Assembly: GCA_964247055.1 (NCBI GenBank)
Contig: OZ176050.1
Span: forward strand, 6,572,001-6,636,000
Length of the DNA: 64,000 nt
Origin: Paragordius varius
Lineage: Eukaryota > Animalia > Nematomorpha
Direction of reading: 5' to 3'
Position 1 is the first letter of the stretch; each line of letters opens with the position of its first letter. Below are positions 35,601 to 47,600 of this stretch, piece after piece. A program made the translations under genes and the position numbers. The notes beneath the pieces were generated by a model. The model did no database searches, was not told the DNA's origin, and saw only the letters and a program-made list of their open reading frames with translations.

Positions 35601-38600
35601 GAGATGTATATTAGTAATTAATTAAATAATTTATATAGGAAAAAATAAGGTTTAAAAAGGTATGATTGTAATTTCAATTTTTACTGTAAAAAAAACTTTC
35701 CATTTAATTTTCCTTTTAAAGAAAAAAGAAATTATAATAGACCTCATCCTCGTCAGAACTTGGGTTAAATAATCGGATGCGATACGTGTTTTTAACCGGA
35801 GGATACGGAGGTCTATGGCAAAACAAATCTATACATGTATCAAGTGGTAACATTCGGTGAAATTCTGCCTGTAAACCACCTCTGAGAAGAGTTGGTTCCG
35901 ACGATGATCTATAAAACATGGTGGTTAGATTGGGGATTACAAGAGATAATTAATAAAATTAAACTTTTCTTTACTATGTAATTACATTAAATGAAATAAG
36001 TCGGTAAATACATTAAAGTACAATATTAACATTATATTTGTTTAACCAAAAAAACTAAAGTTATAGAAAAAATATGTGTTAGAACCACATATTTTTAAGT
36101 CTTAGTGCCACCTCCCTGCGGTGTTGGCTGGGGCACAAAAATGCGCTAACGGCAAAGGCTAGTAAAGGGCATATGTTACGTAAAAAATCGCCTCAATTAA
36201 CCATGAAGTATAAATTTATTAATATATTTTGTGGAAAAAAAACTCCAAATCCGGAGTCCTGAAACAACCTGATTATTTTTATGTTGAAAATGTTAAAAGT
36301 AGTTTTATGTATATATAATAATAATATCAAAACTCTCAAAAAATACTTGATTTCTTTTTGCGCTTTGGTTTCTTCAGTATTGGAATCTTTTTTGGAATCC
36401 TTAATAGGTTTTTTAGTTTTATTTTTGTTTAATGCCGTGTGATTAGGCGTCTCCTTGTTTGAGGTAAACGATAAAAATGGTAAAGCTTTGGTTAGCATTG
36501 ATTGGGTCGTGAGATCTATGTATTAATATTAGACTATAAATTGTTTAAAATATAAATTAAGAAAATTATTATAACAAAAATATACTAGAATAACCATTCC
36601 AAACCTTAATAATTTCACCAGTTATTAAATAATATAATAAAAATTTAAATTCAAAAAAATGAAATAAAATTATGCTTAAAAGCATTCTTTTAAACATCTT
36701 ATAAAAATGACAGCAAATTCCAAATAATATTATACGCTTAAGAAATTAAATATGTAAAGGGTTAGCCTTAAACATCAGGGTAAAAATTATATTTGCGATA
36801 TATAACACTCAATATTGATAAGATTAGTACTTAACGTTTGGAAAATTTTTACATGCTGTCTTTATATGTTTAATTAATGCAAATATTAATACTAACACAT
36901 TTGAAATGAGTAAATCATGTATAAAAACTACCTTTTGAAGAAACAACATTTTCTATTGCGGCGTTAGAAACGACGTTGATAGATGATTTAGCGGGTGAAC
37001 TGGGAAACATGGGTGTAGGAGGAGGTTCAATATATCCGCCATTATGACTGTCAAATTCTTCGGAATCCATATGCATCACTTCGTTACTTTTTAAAAAATT
37101 TATTTTTTATTATCATGCAATCCAAAATTATTATTTTAATGGGTAATTTTATTATTATAAAAAATATTGTAAATTGTTTGAAATTTTTCTAAAAAATACC
37201 TTTCTCCATTTCCTTGACTAGATTTGTTGAAGTTCGCATTTTCTGTCAAAGAAACGTACAAAAAAATTAATATTAATAATGTAAAATGTTTAATGTTATA
37301 TGCGATTATAGCAATCAAAGAGGGAACAAAAATATTTCAATAAACATTTGTTATTCAAAATGCAATCATTTCTATCAAGTACCTTTTACAAGATTGGGCT
37401 TAGCGTCTCCATTTCCCTTTTCCCGCCCTTTTGTATCTTCTGCGATCGTCATTTCATGATCTCCGACAATAGTGTCGTCATATTCTCCATTAAAAATTTT
37501 TGTGTTATTATTTAAAGTTTGTTGTTCGTTTGCATTTTCAGTTCCCGCCGCAGTAGTGTTTGAGATGTTGTCCTCAACATTTTTTTCTTCAACAATGTTG
37601 TCTTTTACGTTTGTTTCTTTAATTATTTCGCTTCTTTTGATGTTAATCGTGTCTGTGTTATTCGATGATGTGGATGATGAATTAGAATCTGTACTAGTTA
37701 TTGTACTTTCGTCAGTAGTTATACTTTGTGTTTCAGGCAAAGTTTTAGCAATGATGATATTATCTTGTGTATTATTACTATTGCTTGTTGAGAAATTGTT
37801 TATGGTGGTGAGTGTACTTTTAGCCACAATGCTAAAACCTTTGCCATAGTATGCATTCCAACTGTACCGTTCCTCCAACAATTCACACAATTGATTCTTG
37901 AAAGCTGTTTTTTGTTTCTCGTTAACTTGCGTTTTATCCTTTTTCGTATGATTTTTATTACTTTCTTCATATGTAGTAGTACGTTGGCTTGTTGTTAAAC
38001 TTGAATCTTCATTTTTATTTGTAAGTTCATTGGTAATGTTATCCTGTAAGGTGTCAATAAAATATTATAAAAATATACCTTACAAATTAATAATATAATA
38101 TGTGTTTAAAAGTTTAACAATAAAAACTTTTATTTTGTGAATCAAAAAAACGTAAGATATTGATTGATTAATATGCTCAAATTTAAAAAAATATTTATAT
38201 AAAATTAATTTTTATACCAAAAAATAGTTTTAATGTAATTTGACTATAATTAACGCTTTTATCACTAAGTCTTACGGTTTGGTTAATCAGACTTACTTTC
38301 GAAACAGTGCTGTTGTTATCTTTAAGAGATTCGGTGGTGGTAATAGAAGGTGAAGGAACAATATAATAATCATCTTCATCGGAATAATCTGCAAAAAATT
38401 ATCGATAAAAATTAATTTACCAATTATTATTAATATCATTAATATAATAACTTTTAAAAAAAATTGGTAAATTAGCCATAATATAGTTTAAATGATAAAA
38501 AAATATTATATTTTATATAATATTAATTGGAATTATGTAAATTCAGCAATAATCGAATGTATTTATACAGTAATGAGATATTATTGACCATTTCAATTTT

Positions 38601-41600
38601 TTAAATGGCTAAAAGGGGGATTTAATTTACATGTCTGTTACATGTATGAGATTTATTTTTATCAGTTACATATCTAATTAAAATTGTGGAAAATTACAGT
38701 GGCGCTTGTTCGCAATAAGGTGGATAATTTATTTAAGTTTCACATTTCAAATTTTCATAGTCTTTAGCATTGATTAAATATGTTAAAATAAAATAATATG
38801 GAGATTCGCCATTAAGTAAAAATAAAATTAATTCATTGATCAAATTTTGCCAAAAAAGTATCGTCAGATTCAATAATTAATATAATATTATTCGTTAATA
38901 AAAAAGATAATTTAAATTTCAAAACCTTCTTAATGTACAAGAAACGGTTACAAATTTTCATTTTAATTTTACAAATTTTAGTTATAATAACTTTAGCTTA
39001 AATATTTTATTTTTATTGATAAAATTGCTAACATGATATTTTACTAACAAGCGCCACTATTTTTCCCCTTAAAATTTTTTATAAAAATTATAAGTATAAA
39101 AAATTCATCATACCAACAAAAATGTAAATTAATCCCTTTTTTGCAAAGTAAAATAGCGTGATGGCCAATAATAGCTCTGGTTGATGTAGTTTTTGTTCTC
39201 ATAATTTTTTTATAAAATATATTATTATTTTGATATATACCATTTGCACTTCAAGAGTGTCTTTGAACACTTCAAGTTGGTCCTGGAAAACTTCAAGTTG
39301 GTCCTTGAACGTTTCAAGTTGATCCAGGAAAACTTCAAGGTCCTTGAACGTTTCAAGTTGGTCCTTGAACATTTCAAGTTGATCCTTGAACACTTCAAGT
39401 TGGTCTTTTGACTTTCTTGTTTTGTTTTTAACTTTTATCAATCAAATCGAAAATAATTCATCTATTTTATTGTTTTTAACCTATTTTTTATTATTTAACA
39501 TAAATTTTAAATCGGGCCAACAAAGTTCTATTGCCACCTCCCCGTGGTGTTGGCCGGGGCATGAAAATCCGCCAACGGCAAAGGCCAGTTTTCTAATGAT
39601 CTGTAAAATCATTAGTTGTACACAAGGGCATGTGATACGTAAAAAATTGCCTCAATAAACCATGAAGTATAATAATATGAATATGAAATAACACTAAAAC
39701 CTTATCAACATCTCAAATAACAATAATAATGTAATAATTATTTTGATAATATTTTTTATTTACACTTTTATACACTTGAATAAAAAAAATTACCAAAATA
39801 ACTATGAAAATATATAATACCCTTAGTAATAATAATAAAACACTTCTGAAATTTGCCACATGGAATGTGGGTACCCTAGTTAACAAAATATTAATGGTAA
39901 CAAACACTCTTAGCCAAAACAATATAGATATACTAGCGTAAATCTCGTGCTGCTACGCAGCCCGAGGAACTTCGGACTTCTGGGGGGGGGGGGGGGGGGG
40001 GGGCTATTTGAAAGGAGGGACAATAAAATGATCCACATATGTGGATTATTTCGAAACATTATTTAATAGATATGATTTTATAGGAATATTAAAACGGTGC
40101 ATTCATACTAATATATTGTTTAATTGGGGGAAAAATAGATTTAAAAAATCATTTTTGTGGACTTTTTTGAAAAAAATGGCATTTTACGGGGGTAGCGGGT
40201 AAAAAGAGGGCCTAAATCAAAAAAGTTATTTGAAATTGGATGGTCCAACACGTTCTCCAAAAAATTGACTTAACCCATTTTTCACACGGGGTGGGCCCGA
40301 ACTGGGGGCCTATTTTAAAAAAAGGGCGAAGCTATTGTCGGGGCATTCATTAATGATTATATTTTTTCGATATTTGGATTTGAATGGGTTCACCGGTTTC
40401 CCGGAAACAGATCACAAAGTTACATGAGGAATCAGTTTTTGCGGGTAGCTCCTTACCCAGCAGCTATCATCAAAGAAACGCCTGACTAAAATTTTTGCAA
40501 CAGGGAATACGTGGAATCCATATTGAACTTTTACGGTCTCATAGCTAGGGCAAAAAATAGATTTAAAAAACTATTTTTGTGGACTTTGTTTTTTGAAAAA
40601 GGTGGCATTTTACGGGGGGAGCGGGTAAAAAGAGGGCCTAAGTTAAAAAAGCGATACGACTATGTTAGGCGCAATCGAAAATAACTAAATATAAATCATA
40701 TTTGAAATTGAATGGTCCAACACGTTCTCCGGAAAATTGTCTCAAAGACACGATTTTTGTGGACTGCTGTTTTCAAAAAAAACCCGTTTTTCACGCGGGG
40801 TGGGCCCAAACTGGCGGCCTAATTCAAAAAAAGAACGAAGCATTGTCGGGGCATTCATTAATGATTATAATTTTTCGAAGTTTGGATTTGATTGGGTCTA
40901 CCCGTTTTCCTGTACCAGATCACAAAGCCATTTTCCATTTTTATAAATATATAGATGTTGCATCCAAGAGGCCAGAATGAAAGGAGAGGGATTGAAAAAC
41001 TTAGACGATTATACATTATTCTATAAAGGAAATGACAAGGGACAAGGTGGTGTTGCGATTTTCATAAAAAACATCTATCGTGATAACATAATTGATGTAA
41101 TAAGACATAATTCAAGAATGATTCAAATAAAAATATTGATGAATGATAATGTAATAAATATAGTTTCAACTTACGCACCACAATCTGGTCTAAGCGAAAC
41201 ATCAAAAAACGAATATTGGGAAGGGCTCTATGATTTGATGAACAAAACTTCTTCTAGCGAACAAACTTTTGTTGGTGATGATTTTAATTGCCATATTAAT
41301 AATGATAGTAATGAATACCATGGCGTACCTGGTGGAAATGGCGTTGGAGCCCTCGATAAGATGGGCGAGAGTTTGCTAGACTTTTGCATTGCAAATCAAC
41401 TCATAGTCGCAAATACCCATTTTAAGAAAAAAACCAACCAGCATAAAACATATAATTCTGGTGACCGCTCATCTATGATAGACTTCATATTAATTCCAAA
41501 AAACATTAGGAAACATCTAACAAACATCAAAACTTATTATCAATAAACTTACCAACACAAGCTAATAACAACATTTCTAATCATTGAGATAATCCGTAAG

Positions 41601-44600
41601 ACCGCATTCCAACCTCAAAAAATAAATATAGCAAATTTAAAGGATTCAAAATTATTAACCGAATATACTCAAAAACAGATTTACATATACCGGAACAAAA
41701 CAATGTCGAAACTCTATGGAAAATTTTTAAAACCACAATTCTTACATCTGCCAAAAAACATTGCGGCTTTACTAAACCAATGATGCAACGGAAAAGCTGG
41801 TGGTGGAAAAATGAAATAAAACCATTGTTGCGTGAAAAATGCGAAGCATATAAAAAATGGAAAAGTTCCAAAAATAATGATGATAAAAAAGTTTATGATG
41901 ATAAAAAACGAGAGGTCCAAAAGGCCATTCGACACGCTATGAATGAAAAATCCGTTAAAATCGCTGAAAGTTTAGAAAAAGACTTTAAAAACCAAACGAT
42001 TTTTAAAAGATTCAAAACCTTAACAATAGTAATAAAGATGTTAAAACCATAAAATGTATTATAAAGATGATAATGATAATATAATAACGAATTCCTCGAA
42101 AGTCAAAGAAATTTGGAAAACGAACTTAGAAAAACAACTCAACCAAGTAAACCCGACCAAACAATTTAGCACGGTTTCACCAGTAGCTGGTCCCATACAA
42201 GAAATCACCATAGATGAAGTCACAACTGCAATCAATAAATTAAAAAGCAACAAAGCTCCAGGCCCAAGCAGCCTTTCAGTCAACACTGCAGAGTATCTGA
42301 CAAAACTCTTTAAACAAATAATAATTACAAACCAAACTCCCAGCGATTGGAAAAACAGCATATTAATCCTTATTTATAAAAATAAAGGCGATCGACTAAA
42401 AACATCGTCTTACAGACCTCTGAAACTTCTGGAACATACACTCTAACTATTTGAAATTATATTAGAAAACAGGCTGAGAAAACATATAAACATAGATTCG
42501 AATCAGTTTGCATTCCGTCAAAACAGTAGCACAATAGATCCCTTGTTTGTCCTAAGAAGGTTACAAGAAAAATATTTGCAAAAGAAACAAAAGCTATACC
42601 ATGTCTTTGTAGATCTGGATCGTGCGTTTGATCAAATACCACGCTCAACAATTCAATGGGCACTGCGTAAAAACGGAATAGAGGAACATACAATACAAAT
42701 CTTACTACTTCTTTACAAAAATACAACAACCAACATTAGAACCAACATCGGCAATACAACCAATTTCCCAACCAATGCTGGGCATCAGGGTTCTGTCCTA
42801 AGTCCACTCCTTTTTATAACTATAATGGATGCGGCAACGCAAGACATAAGAAGTGAATGCCCTTGGGAAATGTTATTCGCCGACGACCTCGTGATAACGA
42901 TACGATCATGGGATCAACTGGTAAATAACTATACCAAGTGGAAGAAATGCCTTGAACAATATGGAATGATTATAAACGCCACAAAAACAAAAATAATGAT
43001 AACGGGTGAAAGTGAAACACCCAGATACCCCTGTTCCATTTGCAGTAAAGAAGTACGTTCAAATTTCATTAAATGCATATCATGTCAAATGTGGGTACAC
43101 AAAAAGTGCTCTAAAATAAAATACAAATTAACAAATGTAATAAATTTTAAATTGTTTAGACCCAAGTAATAATAATTTTAATCGACCAAAGCTACTTTAC
43201 ATTGATGGACATAACATCGAATTGGTAGACTCTTTTGTTTACCTAGGAGATGTCATATCATCTCAGGGAAGCCCACAAAAGGCTATCAAAAGAAGAATAC
43301 AACAAGGTTGGATAAAATATAATCAGTTAAAATATGTTTTCCAAAACAAAAATGTTAACAATCGTAATAAATGGTATCTTTAAGGCAGGAATAAGACCTG
43401 CTCCTACCTATGGTTCTGAAACCTGGGCGTTAAACAAAACTAATCAAACAAAACTCCTAACTAGTGAGAACCGAATACTCAAAAGCTGCTTTCGAAATAC
43501 CAACTTTCATTAAAAAAACAGACAAAATCGATTATATCATTCAAACTAATAGATTGCGTCTCTACAGTCATACTCAGAGAAGAGACGCCACCCATCCTTT
43601 AAAAACTGTTGAAAACATTAATGTTGATGGCAATAGAGGAAAGGGACGACCTCTCTTTTCTTATAATGATAATATAAAAATGGACTTGAATCAACGTAGC
43701 CATTCCACAGAACAATGTAAAGATCGTAATTTATGGAGGAAATTACTTCGTGGATACAAAACTCGGAATATTGAGTCCTAATATTATCCATCCATCAAAT
43801 TTTAAATCGATATCAACTTTTAATCTTTGAGAAACCGTATATCTTTATTAATTTCTTAAAATTTTGGATAATAATAAGATTTTAACAAGAAATGAAAAAA
43901 TATATAAGTTTTTTGGGTTATTAATTACAATTTTTAGAAAAAACTTTTAAAAGTTAATAATTTGTTGAATTGAAAAAAAAATAGTTTAAAACAAAAAAGT
44001 GGCTTTTCAATAAAATATTTCTTTAAATGAATAAATATATATTAAAGAAAATTAGGTTAATAAATAATAAAATAAAAAAATAAATGCAAAAATTTTGGTT
44101 AAATTAAATCTTAAAAATTTTAAGGACCATCTTAAAGTGTTCAAAGACCAACTTGAAATGTTCAAGGACCAATTTGAAGTGTTTAAGGACCAACTTGAAG
44201 TGTTTAAGGACCAACTTGAAATGTTCAAGGACCAACTTGAAGTGTTCAAGGACACTCTTGAAGTGCAAATGGTATATGGTGGCACTTTTTCAATGGGTAA
44301 AATAAAAATAAAATGAAAATAGTAGATCAAAGTTGGGAACAATTTCTCAATAACTTACTAGTTTGTGGATAGTCTAAAACCCTCAATATGATCCAAAAAT
44401 AATAAGTTAAATTAATTAATTTAACATTATTTTTTCGAATATCTTTAGGATATCAATTTTAATATTTATGTAATAAAATTTAATATTAATAAATTTAAAC
44501 AAAAAATTTTATTACTTTTTTCAAAAGGGTAATAAAGTAGCGTATGGTATTGTCCATTAAATTAATTTTTTGTTTTTTACCATATGCTACTGTAATGCTA

Positions 44601-47600
44601 ATAATAAACAACTATGCGTTTTTTCCACAATCAATGCCATTATGGAGCGGATCCCGTGTGATAAATTTTTCAATAAATAAACCAGAATAAAACAAAAAAA
44701 TTAGGTTATATTTTCAAATTGATTTTAAAAATAGCAACAATATTATTACATAAATTATTCGTAGACTTTGTCAATAATAATAATATTTTTTAGATCCAAA
44801 CATACCTTTATCATCATACATGTTAATTAACATGGTAGATGTGTTACTGAAAAATGGAGAACCATTTATGACGGCCGAAGTCAAAGGCTCACTTGGAAAT
44901 CGTCCAATTTCTAACCACGATATAAAGCCGCGAGCCAGAGTTACTACCTATTATTTATAATAAAGCAAAGAAATTTTACAATTTTTAAAATATTTAGTTC
45001 AAGATGATATCTTTGTATGGAATTGGCAAATATATTGATAGAGAAAAGTTATAAAATATATTGATTTTAACCAGAGGTGACAAAATCAATGGTTATAATT
45101 TAAAAACAGATATCATTTTAACTTTACAAGTATTCGTCTTAATTTATCGATTCTTAATAAGATTTAAGTAACTTCCAATATAATTCTGTAATATAAAAAC
45201 AGTTATCTTAATAAGATTCTATTTAGTAAAATCCTAATAAAATTAATAAAGTGAATAAAACATTCAAAAGACCTTCAAAGCATTAAAATATCATAATAAT
45301 GGTTAGATGCATTATTATAATTCATATTATTGTTCTAATATATGTTAAAATTATTTTATAAAACATTTGCAAAAAAATAATAACCCCTTTCAAATCATAA
45401 ACGTAGGGAAAGTATTCAAAAAGTGCCGCTTTATTCTTCGCCATCATCATTTTGGTGCACATTGCAATGATTTGATCACAAAAAGCAAAAAACTTTTGAG
45501 CTTTTTCATCCCATTCCTTGTATTCAGCCGTATAATTTAATTTGGGATCAGGTTTGCTCTCATTGTCGATATACTGCTGTTTAGTGTTGTTTTTAGTTTG
45601 GGATGTATCGTGATTCGAACCTTAAACAAATATATATTTTATTCATGTTTTAAGCTGTACTGTTTGTTATCTTGTAATTTATTACTCCCTCTACTAGTAA
45701 AATGCAACAATATATATTAAAACATGATTTATTTTTAGTTGTTAAAAAGTTTAGTAGTGTTTCATACTAAAAACTAATATTCTACAGATAGATTATCAAG
45801 GCAGTTATAAATAGTCAATTATAAAAAATCCAACCAAACAATGTATTGGTACCATAGGTTGAAAAAATATCAGTGAGTAATTTTTGCGAACAATCCTATT
45901 AATATACGTAAAAATCGAACCAATCTTTCAAAATCTTTATCTTTTTAACTTACACTGGTAATAATAATTTATAAACAGGATAAAACCTGTATTATTTTCC
46001 GATGCCGCCGAAGCTTTTTTCGATCTAAAATAACTTGTCCATTTTTTTATGCGTGGACCACTGCTCAATGTTTTCGTGGCGTTATTATTACTTTTTTTAT
46101 TTGTTTTCTCCTTTACACTACCACTGTTTGTCTCATTATTATTCATGGATTTGGATTCATCATTATTCTCATAGTTTTCTGGTATGATATTTGCATCCTT
46201 GGTTGGATTTAACAAACATTTGTAAGCATTCGCTTTTAACCAATGGAAGGAATCAAGTAACTTCTGTCCTTGTGGGCCATGTTCGAATGGCAAATAGAAT
46301 AGGTCACTTAATAGTAGCGCATCTTTTAGCGTAAACCGGATAGCTGGTGCGTGTCTTAACGTTTTGCGTTGTTGCGAAATCACAGATCCATTATTGTTAA
46401 TATTTTGTAATTTTTTGAAATCCTTGCCAACTGTTTGATCGTGAACATTTTCGCTGCATGATATAAGCGTATATTCAGCCAAAATGTGTGGAAAATATTA
46501 GGCTAAAACTTCTTTTTTCAAATAAATTTAATATCTTTTTGTGGCAAAAATTTTTTTTTATATTTTTGTGCACTAATTTATTTCTAATAATAAATTAAAA
46601 ATGAAATTAAATATTTTTAACTATGACGTTAATTCCAGCATAATAACCATGAATAAAAAACTTTTGTATACAACGATTAATTGTATTTAAAATAAAATAA
46701 ATATGCTGACGCAAGGAGATTATAATAGTTTACCCAATAGTTGAAGAATGGATAACATTGGTTATATTTTCATTTAATGTTTTGTTATTTATGTTCTCAT
46801 TTATAACAACACTATTATTTTTTATGAAATCTGTTGCATTGTGGTTTGATTCATCGTCAGAGTAAGCGACCAAAGACTTCGGGCCCGCCTTAAAATCTAT
46901 CAAAAATCATAAGAAATTTTATAAATTTTCATAAAAAATATCCAAAAAAATAAACAGCTAATAATAAAATGTTTGATAAAACTGGTTTAGAAATACTAAT
47001 CATTAACAGAAGCAAATTTATATAGACAAATCTTAGCCCCCGGCTAAGCTATTAAAGCGAGACTAACCTTTTTCGGAAACTTCTTCCGTTATATCCATCC
47101 TGCCTTCATCATCAATAAATGGAACTGCCGATTCTGTAAAAATATAGTTATTAAAGTATAATGACTTAATTATGATAATTCTATATTAAAATTCAATAAT
47201 TAATAAAATATACTCAATCAGATAAAAACTTTGAAATATATATCATTTAAAATTTCAGATTAAAGTTATCATATAAAAATTGTTATGAAAACGTACAAAA
47301 GCCTGGAATATCATACATGTATGATATGGATTAAAGTTTTTTAATTGTGTTCCAATATCGCTATAATTTTAATTACTATTTAACTACACAGGCTGGCATT
47401 ACTGCGCCAAACTATTTTGAATATGCGGCAACCTCATAAAGAAAATATACTTTCCAACAAATAAAAATCAAAGCTGACATAACAATAAAAATGCGATTTC
47501 ATTTAAAAGATAATGAGTTTTTTACTAAAAATTAATAATACTCAATGACATGGTCATGATCTTTAAAACTAAATCAGACTTCACATTTTTTAACCTAAGG

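Larger units (their letters stand above)
39515..43796 (+). mobile_element. Full-length but inactivated RTE-clade LINE (about 3.26 kb without the inserted Helitron)
   Basis: 13-bp TSD AAATTTTAAATCG at 39502-39514 and 43797-43809; (ATCC)n tail. The ORF starts at ATG 39804 ([10 protein letters not shown]) and continues at 40956 (CCIQEAR). Later motifs are [28 protein letters not shown] and YLGDVI. Several stops and frameshifts. Confidence 0.95.
39238..44274. mobile_element. TIR element with subterminal arrays of a 21-bp unit (GTGTTCAAGGACCAACTTGAA), host of the RTE
   Basis: The left arm TACCATTTGCACTTCAAGAGTGTC plus about 8 units (39238-39410) is the reverse complement of the right arm (44110-44274); TA on both flanks. 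Confidence 0.8.

Noticed and set aside
37472-37849. 125-aa hydrophobic plus-strand ORF (and 54617-54844)
   Set aside because: These are antisense shadows of OGA exons.
39240-39410. CRISPR-like array
   Set aside because: The units are directly tandem with no unique spacers, there are no cas genes, and the context is eukaryotic.
39199-39441. ORF of VFKDQLE heptads (also 44095-44316) resembling a coiled-coil protein
   Set aside because: It is the translation of a 21-bp repeat array in mirror-image TIR arms, inside an OGA intron, with no other coding context.
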